A stretch of DNA of 64,000 nucleotides from Nitrososphaerota archaeon (GTDB lineage: Archaea; Thermoproteota; Nitrososphaeria; Nitrososphaerales; Nitrosopumilaceae), in the NCBI GenBank assembly GCA_028867755.1, contig JAGWFT010000001.1, forward strand, positions 100,628-164,627. Direction: 5' to 3'. Below the pieces are notes generated by a model. That model did not search any database. It was not told the origin of the DNA and worked only from the letters and a program-made list of their open reading frames with translations. Below are positions 12,501 through 19,275 of the stretch, in pieces; position 1 is the stretch's first letter, and each line of letters opens with the position of its first letter. Position numbers and translations under genes: made by a program.

Positions 12501-12859
12501 GGACTTTGAAACTGGCCGTTGCCGAAGCCTGAAGAGCCAAATTGTGATTGGTATACACCGGCAGAGTTGAATTTTTCGACACGATTGTTGTTTTGATCTG
12601 TAACATAGATGTTGCCGGAGCTGTCGATTGCAATGCCAATTGGAACATTAAACTGGCCGTTGCCGGAACCAGATGAGCCAAACTGGGATTGATAATCAGC
12701 AGCTGCATTTTGTAAAGAAAATAATGGTGAAGGCAGTGAAAGATCTGATCTTGAATTTTGTGTAATAGGTTGTATCAATGATGCAAACATTGTTGATGGC
12801 GCAGGAATCATCATTGTTAAAACTACAAAAAATGCTATACCAAATGCTAAACGATTCAA
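3524..12859 (-). CDS. Giant secreted mosaic surface protein (NHL repeats, choice-of-anchor U-like, YVTN propeller, Ig-like domains, FG-GAP-like repeats, zinc metalloprotease, pentapeptide repeats)
   Basis: 3111-aa open frame with a signal-peptide-like N-terminus; each module recognisable from sequence motifs. Confidence 0.9.
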   Translation of the reverse strand: MNRLAFGIAFFVVLTMMIPAPSTMFASLIQPITQNSRSDLSLPSPLFSLQNAAADYQSQFGSSGSGNGQFNVPIGIAIDSSGNIYVTDQNNNRVEKFNSAGVYQSQFGSSGFGNGQFQSPGRIAIDSSGNIYVTDTGSNRVEEFNSAGVYQSQFGSSGLGNGQFQNPGGITIDSSGNIYVTDQGNNRVEKFNSAGVYQSQFGSFGSGNGQFNNPIGITIDSSGNIYVVDHGNYRVEKFNSAGVYQSQFGSQGSGNGQLLHPIGIAIDSSGNIYVVDTDNNRVEKFNHFATYISQFGSAGSGNGQFNGPAFIALDSSGNIYVTDQSNNRIEKLNSAGVYQSQFGSLGNGTGQFNTPYGIALDSSGNIYVTDAGNNRVEKFNSAGTYLSQFGSFGSTNGQFNVPIGIALDNSSNIYVVDAQNDRVEKFNSAGTYLSQFGSSGSGNGQFLSPLGIALDSSGNIYVVDTGNSRVEEFNSAGVYQSQFGSLGSGTGQFHSPYAIALDSSGNIYVTDEGNSRVEKFNSAGTYLSQFGSFGSTNGQFNVPIGIALDNSSNIYVVDAHNNRVEKFSANSFPSSSSALSSNGAGIVNFKTLFGGFASLAAISPSNLTSNGLPQNATLPFGAFAFNVTGLAHGANDIVNMTFPAQLAANAQYWKLQGGTWVNATSHITIVNNRNSMLLNVTDGGFGDSDGVANGNIVDPGLVLYPRIITSLPGCGNCTLFFAFPPHINIGFPSNGTTLTSSDVAITGTSSAVNSTISHVKLSIDNGPFLLANGTTSWSFTKHGLTNSIHTILARATDNTGNNGYSYASNKVIGSPITVGTLPEESVYDPANGYLYVANYNANSISVINTANNNIVATIPLGGIFTPFGLAYDSANGEIYVNGLSGVTNVINGTSLLTNIGAGGGAGVVYDSANQHIFVDNFNAGTVSVINAASNTVIGSPITVGTHPEGMVYNPASNYIYVANYASNSVSVINGTTNALATGFTNPIAVGSNPFGLALDPANGNIYVTNQGGGTVSVINGATNNIVGSPISVGNGPYAITFDPANGNLYVTNSGGSSVSVINGTTNTLVGLQIPVGNTPVGITYAPSNGDLYVTNNVDNNISIISTPTFFSVNVQSFPPTVIITSPANNAVLNTGTFTISGTANDTQSGIGSVQIKIDLGSYSPATIIGNSTSWSYGASGLSDGSHTITVNATSGVGLSTIKSESITVNSAAPTTHISSPSNNAALGTTTPTVSGTSTDAVSVTGVSWKADSGSVNTVLITPGPSVSWSFNPTLTQGSHLIQVNSTDSAGLVSTQSFAVTVTTIPPTLSITSPANGATITTQAPVVSGTASDIVSFAVSWKVDNGPVSAATGTTAWIFTTGNLASGLHTIYVNATDSAGLVTTQSISVTVAPLTLSIVSPSNNTSTTQNVITIESHVVSSGTVTSVGVDIDHSGTFSPATLDQASGDWKFVTGTLATGLHSITVKAQDSASNTVTANDFITVNTATPQNIGLPAIGVTALATTSSTPAATLNSPVFTIDQESLIMSVADQNAANSGAKSVTAFVASTSQPEGMLITLNQTPTASSQYSSSQFLISSALPADHLTKLVTRVGDSVYATYNPSGGTWYLLHNDGTYSAPGWGGPGDVPVVGDWTGSGKTSVGVFRPSTSTWYLLHNDGTYSAPSWGASGDVPVVGNWDGAKSTSGVPITEVGVFRPSTSTWYLLHNDGTYSAPGWGASGDVPVVGDWTGSGKTSVGVFRPVTSGISATPTASVIAASNVNSIAGTSVDKTTRASCNSNAAGDAICDEWKVSPGLQIPYTNPTTGNTAYYQYYCQGDGFTVTDSTQPLGSMANPDPVCPNVNKKDLFVEVNYMAGFQPNPTALNDVVNAFANHGIQLHIQINPSEAGFHNQTIPLNGYTTPTGTYIKGFFDYKQDFIGIAAEHSATPPAGFSGSQSEYVSDILSAKRQAFHYAMFIDQLRDTPTSSGWSDIGGNNFVVSLGAFTNDVGSVVEQESTFMHELGHNLGLNHGGAIFDSLNCKPNYPSVMNYLFQFPTLIPGRSLDYSESQIASLNENNLNEQTGIGQSTPSGLQTVIGGVDSSGNYLLPLGATFGNQVAFSRDATLTNGVQTNIHEFNIPNCDASTNSQLTTLNGWNDWANLNFNFRSSSLFSNGFYTPVSLNKDLTSTALTQIEALVITKLNSGLNSLPDSNFASPSTSRVIFNNDISIVISDIQSKNVNAAISELQAILELVNGPTPLITDKIAQNEMTTTINGIISSLQANLPPMASSQTVYVNGITTTPVTLQATDPNNLPLAYSSTNPSHGTLTGTAPNLMFNAFSSFTNTDSFTFHATNTNNVQSNTATILLKLENFPIANSQSVTLTENGKVALVLTGSGGSAPLQFSIVQGTSSGDLSGTAPNLVYTPATGFTGQDSFTFQTSDGLVNSSPATVSISIVAPSKTTVSTNTIVSVVPSSVIVGGSTTVTAQVVGSSPSGTVSFSAASGSFQPNQCTLSNAGTCSVTFTSSAPGQVQISGSYSGDLNNLPSSSSTLLKVSKATPSIAPSLGPSNVAVGATTTVTVQINNGFLPGGTVSFASDGAGSFNSTSCTVNNNQCAVTYTPSSVGTSTHTITATYSGDANNQGSSNSVGLTVTPTAPTESVTLTPSSVIVGSSSVVLVKINGISPTGTVSFTSNSTGSFNSTSCTVHNNQCAVTYAPSSVSNGYHKITAAYSGDPNNKQNTNNAVLSVSQAIPTTTISLGSSSIPLGGSTTVAAQITNGFSPSGTVSFSAASGSFQPNQCTLSNAGTCSVTFTSSSSGQVSIMGIYSGDTNNKQSSGSVILTVGSLESQKSGLASTIKGLESGIFDKGMIQKLARAADHIQNSATNSLWNTDGTTLDLKNGNKVFNQEADAVNILKKLLLQSTSQDTDLVDPRGDDTTKDHDLDSVITTTLPLGTASSIQTIINQLVSIDNTLAQNQVNTATSFLASLQSHNAPPALIAQVQKDVSNANSWMQKAQSDLAGGNSHRAIYDYRQAWESATDAMNLSGANLQGYNLSGMNLQGVTLSGVNLQGANLQNTNLQGDDLSGSNLQNAILSGANLQGANLKGDNLQNANLTGANLTGANLKGANTSGAIGLH
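3530..3810 (-). repeat. C-terminal pentapeptide repeats (A/V/D-N/D-L-x-G)
   Basis: LSGANLQGYNLSGMNLQG...ANLTGANLKG. Confidence 0.9.
7650..8055 (-). repeat. Three near-identical FG-GAP/VCBS-like repeats
   Basis: WYLLHNDGTYSAPxWGxxGDVPVVGxWxGxxKTxxGVFRP three times, with long identical DNA stretches. Confidence 0.85.
9550..10420 (-). repeat. Seven YVTN-type beta-propeller blades
   Basis: Seven units of P..(I/L/V)x(Y/F)DPANGx(L/I)YVxN....xSVIN. Confidence 0.85.
11145..12694 (-). repeat. 11 tandem NHL repeats (47 aa, 141 bp)
   Basis: Unit YxSQFGSxGxGNGQFxxPxGIAxDSSGNIYVxDxxNxRVEKFNSAG; high DNA similarity between units. Confidence 0.92.
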
Positions 12860-13170
12860 AGACTTTCCACCAGATTCCCAGCATTGTTTCTAATTATCAA
12901 TTGAATTCCATATTCCCTATTTGCAAGTCTAGATATGACACATCTCCTAGCCCTACAAAATGGAGTGTTATTATAGAATAGTATTATAGAACCCCCTTCA
13001 ACAATCAACCTGATTATTCTCATAATAAAAACATGATCTTCCAATACTGGAAACGAGAATTTTATGTAAGAATATTTTTATAAAAAGAAAAAATCAGAAA
13101 TAATGTATATTCATACAAATAAAATTGAAAAATTTGCAAAACTAACCCTTGACTCATCAGGTACAATATA

Positions 13171-13193
13171 ATTGCAACGTATGGCGATGCAAT
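13171..13193. promoter_or_regulatory. Imperfect inverted repeat upstream of the RHH-like gene (putative operator)
   Basis: ATTGCAACG-TATGG-CGATGCAAT: 9-bp arms with one mismatch. Confidence 0.35.
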
Positions 13194-13219
13194 ACCAATT
13201 CATCCTTAATATATAGAAC

Positions 13220-13768
13220 ATGAAAATTTACAGTATACTACAAAAAAGAACAAAAAAAACCATCAGTTTTAGAGTCGATCCCCATGTCATAGACGGATTA
13301 AACAAGGCTGCAAAAGATGACAGGATAACACTCAATGCCTTGGTAGATCAGATCTTTGACAATTATGTCACATGGGATAGAAAGGCCACCAAGTCAGGCT
13401 GGATCTTGGTAAAAAACAATGTTCTCAAATTATTTATCGAGAACATCGATGAGAAAAAGATAGCAAGGCTTGGAATCCGTGCTGCAGGGATAGTGATGAG
13501 GGATACACTGCTTTCCATTTCAGGCAAGATCGATCTAGAGTCATGGCTTTTAGTCACAAAGCACAGGTCAATGAGATCAGACTTTGCCTACCAAGAGTCG
13601 AAGAGCAATGATGATGGGATCAAGCTAGTGATCACACATGGGATGGGACTCAAGTGGTCGCTCTTTCACAAATGGTACTATCTACAGATGCTAAAAGATC
13701 TTGGCAAAAAGGCAGATGCCGAATATACTGCAAATACGCTTGTCATTAACATAAAAAATGTCACATGA
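13220..13768 (+). CDS. Putative regulator with N-terminal ribbon-helix-helix-like domain
   Basis: KKTISFRVDPHVIDGLNKAAKDDRITLNALVDQIF fits the RHH strand-helix-helix pattern; TATA-like TTAATATATA about 10-16 nt before the ATG. Confidence 0.65.
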   Translation: MKIYSILQKRTKKTISFRVDPHVIDGLNKAAKDDRITLNALVDQIFDNYVTWDRKATKSGWILVKNNVLKLFIENIDEKKIARLGIRAAGIVMRDTLLSISGKIDLESWLLVTKHRSMRSDFAYQESKSNDDGIKLVITHGMGLKWSLFHKWYYLQMLKDLGKKADAEYTANTLVINIKNVT

Positions 13769-13883
13769 AAATAATTGGCATCTCTGCAATCAGAGATCTA
13801 CATGTTGAGATAAAAGAAGATGGATGTTAATCCTGTCAGAGTAAAATTTCAACATATCTTTTTGCAGAATTAAAATAAGTCAT

Positions 13884-14195
13884 CTAAAAACTGTCGTGCT
13901 TTTCCACGCCGCCAAGTTTTTTCATAAATTCCAAAAACGGCTCCTTTTCTGAGACCTCTCCTAAAAGTCCCCTCATCTTGTTTATTATGGTAATGTACTT
14001 GTCGCCACATCTTCTCTGGAGTGTCTTTCGCAAAGATTCTGGATGCTCCAAGCAGTCTGAAAAGTTATAATGGTATTCCGAGTCTAACCACTTTTGTACT
14101 GACTCGTGAAGCCCAGAGCCACCCACCTCAATTAGCGCCCTCTCTATTGTCACACTAACGAGTATCTTTTCCATCTCATTTTTGCTTGCCAACAA
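13884..14195 (-). CDS. Conserved hypothetical protein (thaumarchaeal small helical family)
   Basis: 103 aa; LxxEYHYxFSDCLEHPExL pattern resembles a recurrent Nitrosopumilales family (from recollection). Confidence 0.65.
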   Translation of the reverse strand: MLASKNEMEKILVSVTIERALIEVGGSGLHESVQKWLDSEYHYNFSDCLEHPESLRKTLQRRCGDKYITIINKMRGLLGEVSEKEPFLEFMKKLGGVEKHDSF

Positions 14196-14314
14196 TACAT
14201 CAGTTTACAAAATGTTACTAGTTGCAGTATATGGATAGAGCTTGTAATACTAGCTAACTAGTTGTGATATCAGCTAAATCAGGTCTATCAATTATTTCTG
14301 CAAATATATCATGC

Positions 14315-14989
14315 ATGATAAAGAGATCACCATACCAGATCGCAGTAGAGAGGGGCATAGTGACAGAGCCCTTCCAATACATAGACTCGCTAGAAGGTAG
14401 AAGACACATCATACTTGTCTATGATGACCAGATAGAGGGAAAGCTGATACAGTTTAGGTTCATAAGAAACGGCCTTAGAGTTGGCGAGAGTTGCTTCTAC
14501 CTTACTCACCAAGAGCCCGAAATAATTGAAAGGGAGATGAGTGAATCTGGTTTGATAGATGCTGTAGAGTGGATGAAGAAGGGTCTGCTCTACATACACA
14601 AGATTCCAGACATAAGCCAGGATAAGGAGGGCATGCTTGAAGGATGCCAGAAAATTCTCAAAATGGTTCAGAGATACAAGGCACCATACAGGATTGTGGG
14701 AAGGGCCATCTCAGATGTGAGTACAGAAATGGCAATGGAAGCCCAGTATGTCTTAGAGAAGGTCTTTCATTCCAAATTTGAGAGAACAAATGGCTCTTTT
14801 CTCTGCTACTATGACTGGTCGCAGATTGGCGGCAATCGCCTCAGATGGATAGAGAGACTTTCAAAGACACACCATGCAATGATCTTTGCAACAAAGTTCA
14901 AACTCGGTATGGCATTCAATCTAGAGGATGTATTTCCAGATAGCCCCACAAATTATCTTAGATCTCCTCAACGCGATAGTAGCTGTTGA
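14315..14989 (+). CDS. MEDS (DcmR-like sensory) domain protein
   Basis: HIILVYDD...FIRNGLRVGESCFYL and CYYD motifs; ATG at 14315 preferred over the ORF-track start at 14264. Confidence 0.8.
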   Translation: MIKRSPYQIAVERGIVTEPFQYIDSLEGRRHIILVYDDQIEGKLIQFRFIRNGLRVGESCFYLTHQEPEIIEREMSESGLIDAVEWMKKGLLYIHKIPDISQDKEGMLEGCQKILKMVQRYKAPYRIVGRAISDVSTEMAMEAQYVLEKVFHSKFERTNGSFLCYYDWSQIGGNRLRWIERLSKTHHAMIFATKFKLGMAFNLEDVFPDSPTNYLRSPQRDSSC

Positions 14990-15125
14990 AACAAAGACCA
15001 ATAAGGTTTTGATTGGGTTGGATGAACCAGCCAATGTGGGAGACATAATGCCAAAAGTCTTTAGAAGCTTTGAGAGGCTGGCAAGTGCTAATATCACATC
15101 AAAGATAACAACCGTCTATCAATAG
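14928..15125 (+). CDS. Possible small hypothetical protein overlapping the MEDS gene end
   Basis: 65-aa ATG ORF with protein-like amphipathic composition; 62-bp overlap; no family recognised. Confidence 0.3.
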   Translation: MYFQIAPQIILDLLNAIVAVETKTNKVLIGLDEPANVGDIMPKVFRSFERLASANITSKITTVYQ

Positions 15126-15243
15126 TGCGTCATTAAAAATTACATGATAATAGCAGACTAAAATAGATGCCAAGATTACTATTTCAGGTAACGTATTGCA
15201 TACGTAAGAGATCACAAATCAGATTGTAGAATAATCTTAACTG

Positions 15244-16671
15244 CTACCAATCAAACTGGTACGCCTCATAGGCACGAAGGTTGTTCTTGGTCCATGTTAT
15301 CTCAACCCTGTCGTCAAGATATTTTACAGAGGGCGGTGGAGACGCATGAATCTTGTACCCAGTCTCACTATCAACTTTTAGCACCCGGGTCTTCAGTTCT
15401 GTCCCCTTTGGAATGATAAACTTGTACGTAAATTTTTTGCAGTCGGAGGCAAACCTGTAGAAAAATGTCCTCTCAGGTTCCTCCCAATCATACTCTAGCT
15501 TCAATATCTTTTTCTGCTTTGGCTTCATGGGCCTGTTAAGCTGCACATTGAATTCTTTGTGAAAGGGCTTGTTTGTGTTGAGTGCAAGTATATCCATCTT
15601 GTTTCCCCTGTCATCCATTACTGTGACGTTCATGTCTGCAAACTCCTTTGGAGTGTCCCCATCAAGATAGTAGAATATCTGTGATTTTGGCTCCTTTGAT
15701 ACGTTGATAACATTCCATATCCAAGTATGATGAACAAGCATCATTTTGGGGTCAATTACGTTAAGGTCTATCTCGATCGAGTTGAATGTAAAGTTGTTTA
15801 CTGTTTTGATGTCATGCTCAAGATTCTTCTTTGCAACTTTTGATTTTCGTGGTGCAATCTTGTTTCCAAAACCGTCTCCATAGACATTATAAAGATACAG
15901 CTGTTCGCCGTGCTTTATAGAATAGTCCCCGATTGGATGCATGATGGACTTGTATTCTGGAGACAATTTTCTAATGTCTTCTGCAATTCTTGATGATGCC
16001 AAGATCTGCATGTCTGCTGCCAGGTCCATGACACGCCTTGTCAGAATAATTCCAGGGCCCCATACATTGTCCCTGCCAGTGACGTCCTTGATAAAATAGA
16101 CCGGACCAATATCGATGCCAACCCTGATTAGCAACTTTTCTTTGCCCTTTCGTTGTTCGTTGTATCTGTTTATTGCCTTGTGAATCTCGATTGCAAGGCG
16201 TAATGGCTTCTCGGGGCTGTCGGCAAACCCAATTGCCATGCCGTCTCCGGTTGGAAGTATCATGGTAGACTCGGGGTCTCGGTTCTTGAATGTCTCTGCC
16301 CTTGAAACAATCTCATTTAGTACGATTACCTTTCTTACCTGGTCCTTTGTAGATATGGTAGGGTTTGAGCCAGCCACTATATCACAAAAAAACCAGTGGT
16401 ATGTCTTGGTTAATGTCCTGATGTCCTCATAGTCATCAAAGTCCTCTCCCTTTAGGACTCGGAGGACGTGCATCACAAAACTGTCAGGACATGATTTTAG
16501 TATCTCAAAACTATTTGTAGCACGCTTTATTGGCAACTTTAGATGAGATTTTTTTATCTCTTGTAAAATCCAGTCCTTTCCCCTATGGGTCTCGTCCAAG
16601 ATTCCCAAGATCTCAGCAATGCTGTGTATCTTTTCTGGTCCTTGTGATAGTTTGTTGTCCTCAGTCTGCAA
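15244..16671 (-). CDS. Class III nucleotidyl (adenylate/guanylate-type) cyclase with C-terminal beta-rich domain
   Basis: FFCDIVAGS, PTGDGMAIGF, RVGIDIGPV and NVWGPGIILTRRVMD motifs. Confidence 0.85.
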   Translation of the reverse strand: MQTEDNKLSQGPEKIHSIAEILGILDETHRGKDWILQEIKKSHLKLPIKRATNSFEILKSCPDSFVMHVLRVLKGEDFDDYEDIRTLTKTYHWFFCDIVAGSNPTISTKDQVRKVIVLNEIVSRAETFKNRDPESTMILPTGDGMAIGFADSPEKPLRLAIEIHKAINRYNEQRKGKEKLLIRVGIDIGPVYFIKDVTGRDNVWGPGIILTRRVMDLAADMQILASSRIAEDIRKLSPEYKSIMHPIGDYSIKHGEQLYLYNVYGDGFGNKIAPRKSKVAKKNLEHDIKTVNNFTFNSIEIDLNVIDPKMMLVHHTWIWNVINVSKEPKSQIFYYLDGDTPKEFADMNVTVMDDRGNKMDILALNTNKPFHKEFNVQLNRPMKPKQKKILKLEYDWEEPERTFFYRFASDCKKFTYKFIIPKGTELKTRVLKVDSETGYKIHASPPPSVKYLDDRVEITWTKNNLRAYEAYQFDW

Positions 16672-17278
16672 TACAGGAACTAATCCACATCCACATATTC
16701 AAGCCTAGTGGTGTCCTCTCACAGCAAATGCAAGTGTGATGTATTATAGTTTGCTTGTATTGCGATGCAATTATTTGCCATACGAGCTAAGTAATGGTAA
16801 TCTAAGAAATTCTCCATAAACTACCATGGTAAAACTCTACTGTGCATTTCACTCTTCTAGAAATGTCTATTTTAGATATCTAGTCCTGAATCAGGATTGT
16901 CTTAAATCCATATTGACAAAAAGATTACAAACTGTATTTGTAATTGTACCGGTCTTGCTGCTAGTGTTTATCCCGTCTTCCTCATATGGAATGATACAGA
17001 GTTTGTCAGTAGTACAAAATATTTGCCTGATGGCAACCAATTGGAGAAGAAATAATCATGCTTAATAACATAGTGACAAAATTTTACATCAAGCTGCCAT
17101 ACCATGGAAAGCTTTTATCTCTTTATCTGTCATACAAACAAGAGTTGGTTGTGGATTTGCTGTTTGTAAAAAATTGCACCGTTATGACACGTATTGGATA
17201 TTTCATAACTGGAAAGATTTTTTGTATGCCTTACTATGATTTAGAATTTCAGAAATTATTTTACTGTAAAAGAGGAAA

Positions 17279-19225
17279 TTGAAAGAATTGTCTTACTTGA
17301 AAAAAACAATCACATCATTACTTGTTGCAACAATCATCATCTTTTCTACCATTCCAATGCATCCCGGATTTGCAACTCCTAGCATAACGCTTGACTCGTC
17401 AAGGTACCTGTTAAGCTCCACCGCACATGTAACTGTCAACGATCCAAGCTCAAGTGGTTCTATCTCAATTAATGTAAAATCTACAAGTGATCCAGTTGGA
17501 ATAACGCTTACACTTTCTGAGACAGGTGCTGGCACCCATACTTTTACCGGCACATTTACATTTACTGGTCTGCCGTCTTCTGGCTCCACACTACAAGCAA
17601 AATGCAGTGTAGTATCGTCAGTGTCCTCCTGTGATAAAATTACTGCAACATTTGGTTCTGTCAGCACTACTGCACAAATGGTCTCCATACAGTTTGGAGA
17701 TACCGGTTCCAATCTCTCTCCAAGTGCACCAGTATCTTATGGTACTACATCATATGATCAAGGAACTGTAGCACACCTGCGAGTTCTTGATCCAAGTGCC
17801 AGCAGTTCTGTTTCAGTTAGTGTAGAATCGCAAAACCAGCAAAACACTGTTTCATTGACACTTCCAGAAACGGCACCTGGCTCTGGGGTGTTTACAGGAT
17901 CCTTTATTTTCATGGCAACTAACAACCTCTTTCCAGCAACAGGAACTGTTACAATTACACAACAGAGCTCTTTGGCTGATCAAGTCAGGTCGTCGTCTGA
18001 CACTACCGGCATATTGCTCTCACTGACGCAAACAGGAAGCAATACTTTCACTGGAAAATTGGCGTTTAACAGTTTTAGCTCATCAACACAGGGAATAATT
18101 AAAGCATCAGGCGGTGACTTTGTGCAAATTCAGGTGGGCAGTACCACCACTGACACAAATGGACTTGTTACTCCAAATTCTGACCTGTCCAAAGGGGCGC
18201 TCTTGATAGACATCTCATCTACTTTGGGTGATACAGTTGTTGCCACATACCAAGGAATTACTACCTCTTCAGTCTCTGTGGGATATCTGTTTGGCGAGGG
18301 AGGTGGGGGAGGAGGGGTTGTTGCACCAAGCCTAGTGCTTGATGTTACAGCTGCAATAGGAGGAGGAGCACCTCCGCCGCCAGCATTCAGCTTGCATAGC
18401 TTTGTTGTAGCAAACGGACTGCCAGAGAACATAGCGTCTGCGATAACAAACCAAGACGCACTGACACCTATCGAACCGACAAACGAGCCAGGCGTACCGT
18501 TCTATCCGCTGACAATTGACGGCAATGGCTATCTCCTTGGAGGATACGCAAATACAATTGATACAGTAAAAGAGCAGGTAGGCAAGCCAATGACACTTGC
18601 GCTTACCACCATCTCAAGTCCTGTAGTGCACATCAGCCTCTTCACAAACCTTCATAGCCTGTATGATACCATGCAAGATAGCGATACTTACATCATTTAC
18701 GACAAAGGTGAGCCGTTGCAGATAGTGGACCCACATGGCTTCTTCTCAAATGTAACAATAACCCCAGTAATCAACGGAACAAAGCAGAGCTTTGTGTATG
18801 GTATCACTTTTGCCAAGCCAATGAACACGTCAAACATAATGATTCGTGCGTGGGATGATCAGAAGGCATCAACCAACCTGACGATCTATGATGCATGGCA
18901 GGCAACACCACACATCGAGGTATCATCACAGAACACAACACAAAATGATGAATTATCAAAGAATCTACTGACGCAAAAGATCATGCCAGTACCAGTAGCC
19001 CAGAACAAGACAAGCACTGGTCTACTGGATTCCATAAAAGAGTGGGGAGGCTATTCTCCAACATCGATATCTGACTCGCAGCTTTTAGGCGAGATTGGCA
19101 TAGACGGCAAGTCCATCCCGCCGTGGTTTATGAAAACTACCAAGTGGATAGTGCAAGGAGAGACAACCCAACAAGAATTTGTAAACGGAATCAAGTATCT
19201 ATATGAGAAGGGCTTGGTTCACTAG
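17279..19225 (+). CDS. Secreted surface protein with S-layer-like Ig repeats and thaumarchaeal C-terminal IPxW domain
   Basis: Signal peptide; three S(T/S)SD/Q..G/T..L(T/S)L.(E/Q)T....FTG units; Gly6 linker; C-terminal IPPWFMKTTKWIVQG...EFVNGIKYLYEKG. Confidence 0.8.
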   Translation: MKELSYLKKTITSLLVATIIIFSTIPMHPGFATPSITLDSSRYLLSSTAHVTVNDPSSSGSISINVKSTSDPVGITLTLSETGAGTHTFTGTFTFTGLPSSGSTLQAKCSVVSSVSSCDKITATFGSVSTTAQMVSIQFGDTGSNLSPSAPVSYGTTSYDQGTVAHLRVLDPSASSSVSVSVESQNQQNTVSLTLPETAPGSGVFTGSFIFMATNNLFPATGTVTITQQSSLADQVRSSSDTTGILLSLTQTGSNTFTGKLAFNSFSSSTQGIIKASGGDFVQIQVGSTTTDTNGLVTPNSDLSKGALLIDISSTLGDTVVATYQGITTSSVSVGYLFGEGGGGGGVVAPSLVLDVTAAIGGGAPPPPAFSLHSFVVANGLPENIASAITNQDALTPIEPTNEPGVPFYPLTIDGNGYLLGGYANTIDTVKEQVGKPMTLALTTISSPVVHISLFTNLHSLYDTMQDSDTYIIYDKGEPLQIVDPHGFFSNVTITPVINGTKQSFVYGITFAKPMNTSNIMIRAWDDQKASTNLTIYDAWQATPHIEVSSQNTTQNDELSKNLLTQKIMPVPVAQNKTSTGLLDSIKEWGGYSPTSISDSQLLGEIGIDGKSIPPWFMKTTKWIVQGETTQQEFVNGIKYLYEKGLVH

Positions 19226-19275
19226 GTTTGAAAAAAGGCAGCCAATGGCCAAGTCAAAGACAACGAAAAAGAATC

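Noticed and set aside
11145-12694. Regular 141-bp repeats as a CRISPR array
   Set aside because: In-frame coding repeats with no unique spacers; no cas genes.
15244-16671. Pycsar or CBASS defence system
   Set aside because: No adjacent TIR, TM or nuclease effector; neighbours look regulatory.
16826-17282. Two short + strand ORFs upstream of the 648-aa gene
   Set aside because: No recognisable motifs, atypical composition; more likely intergenic regulatory DNA.
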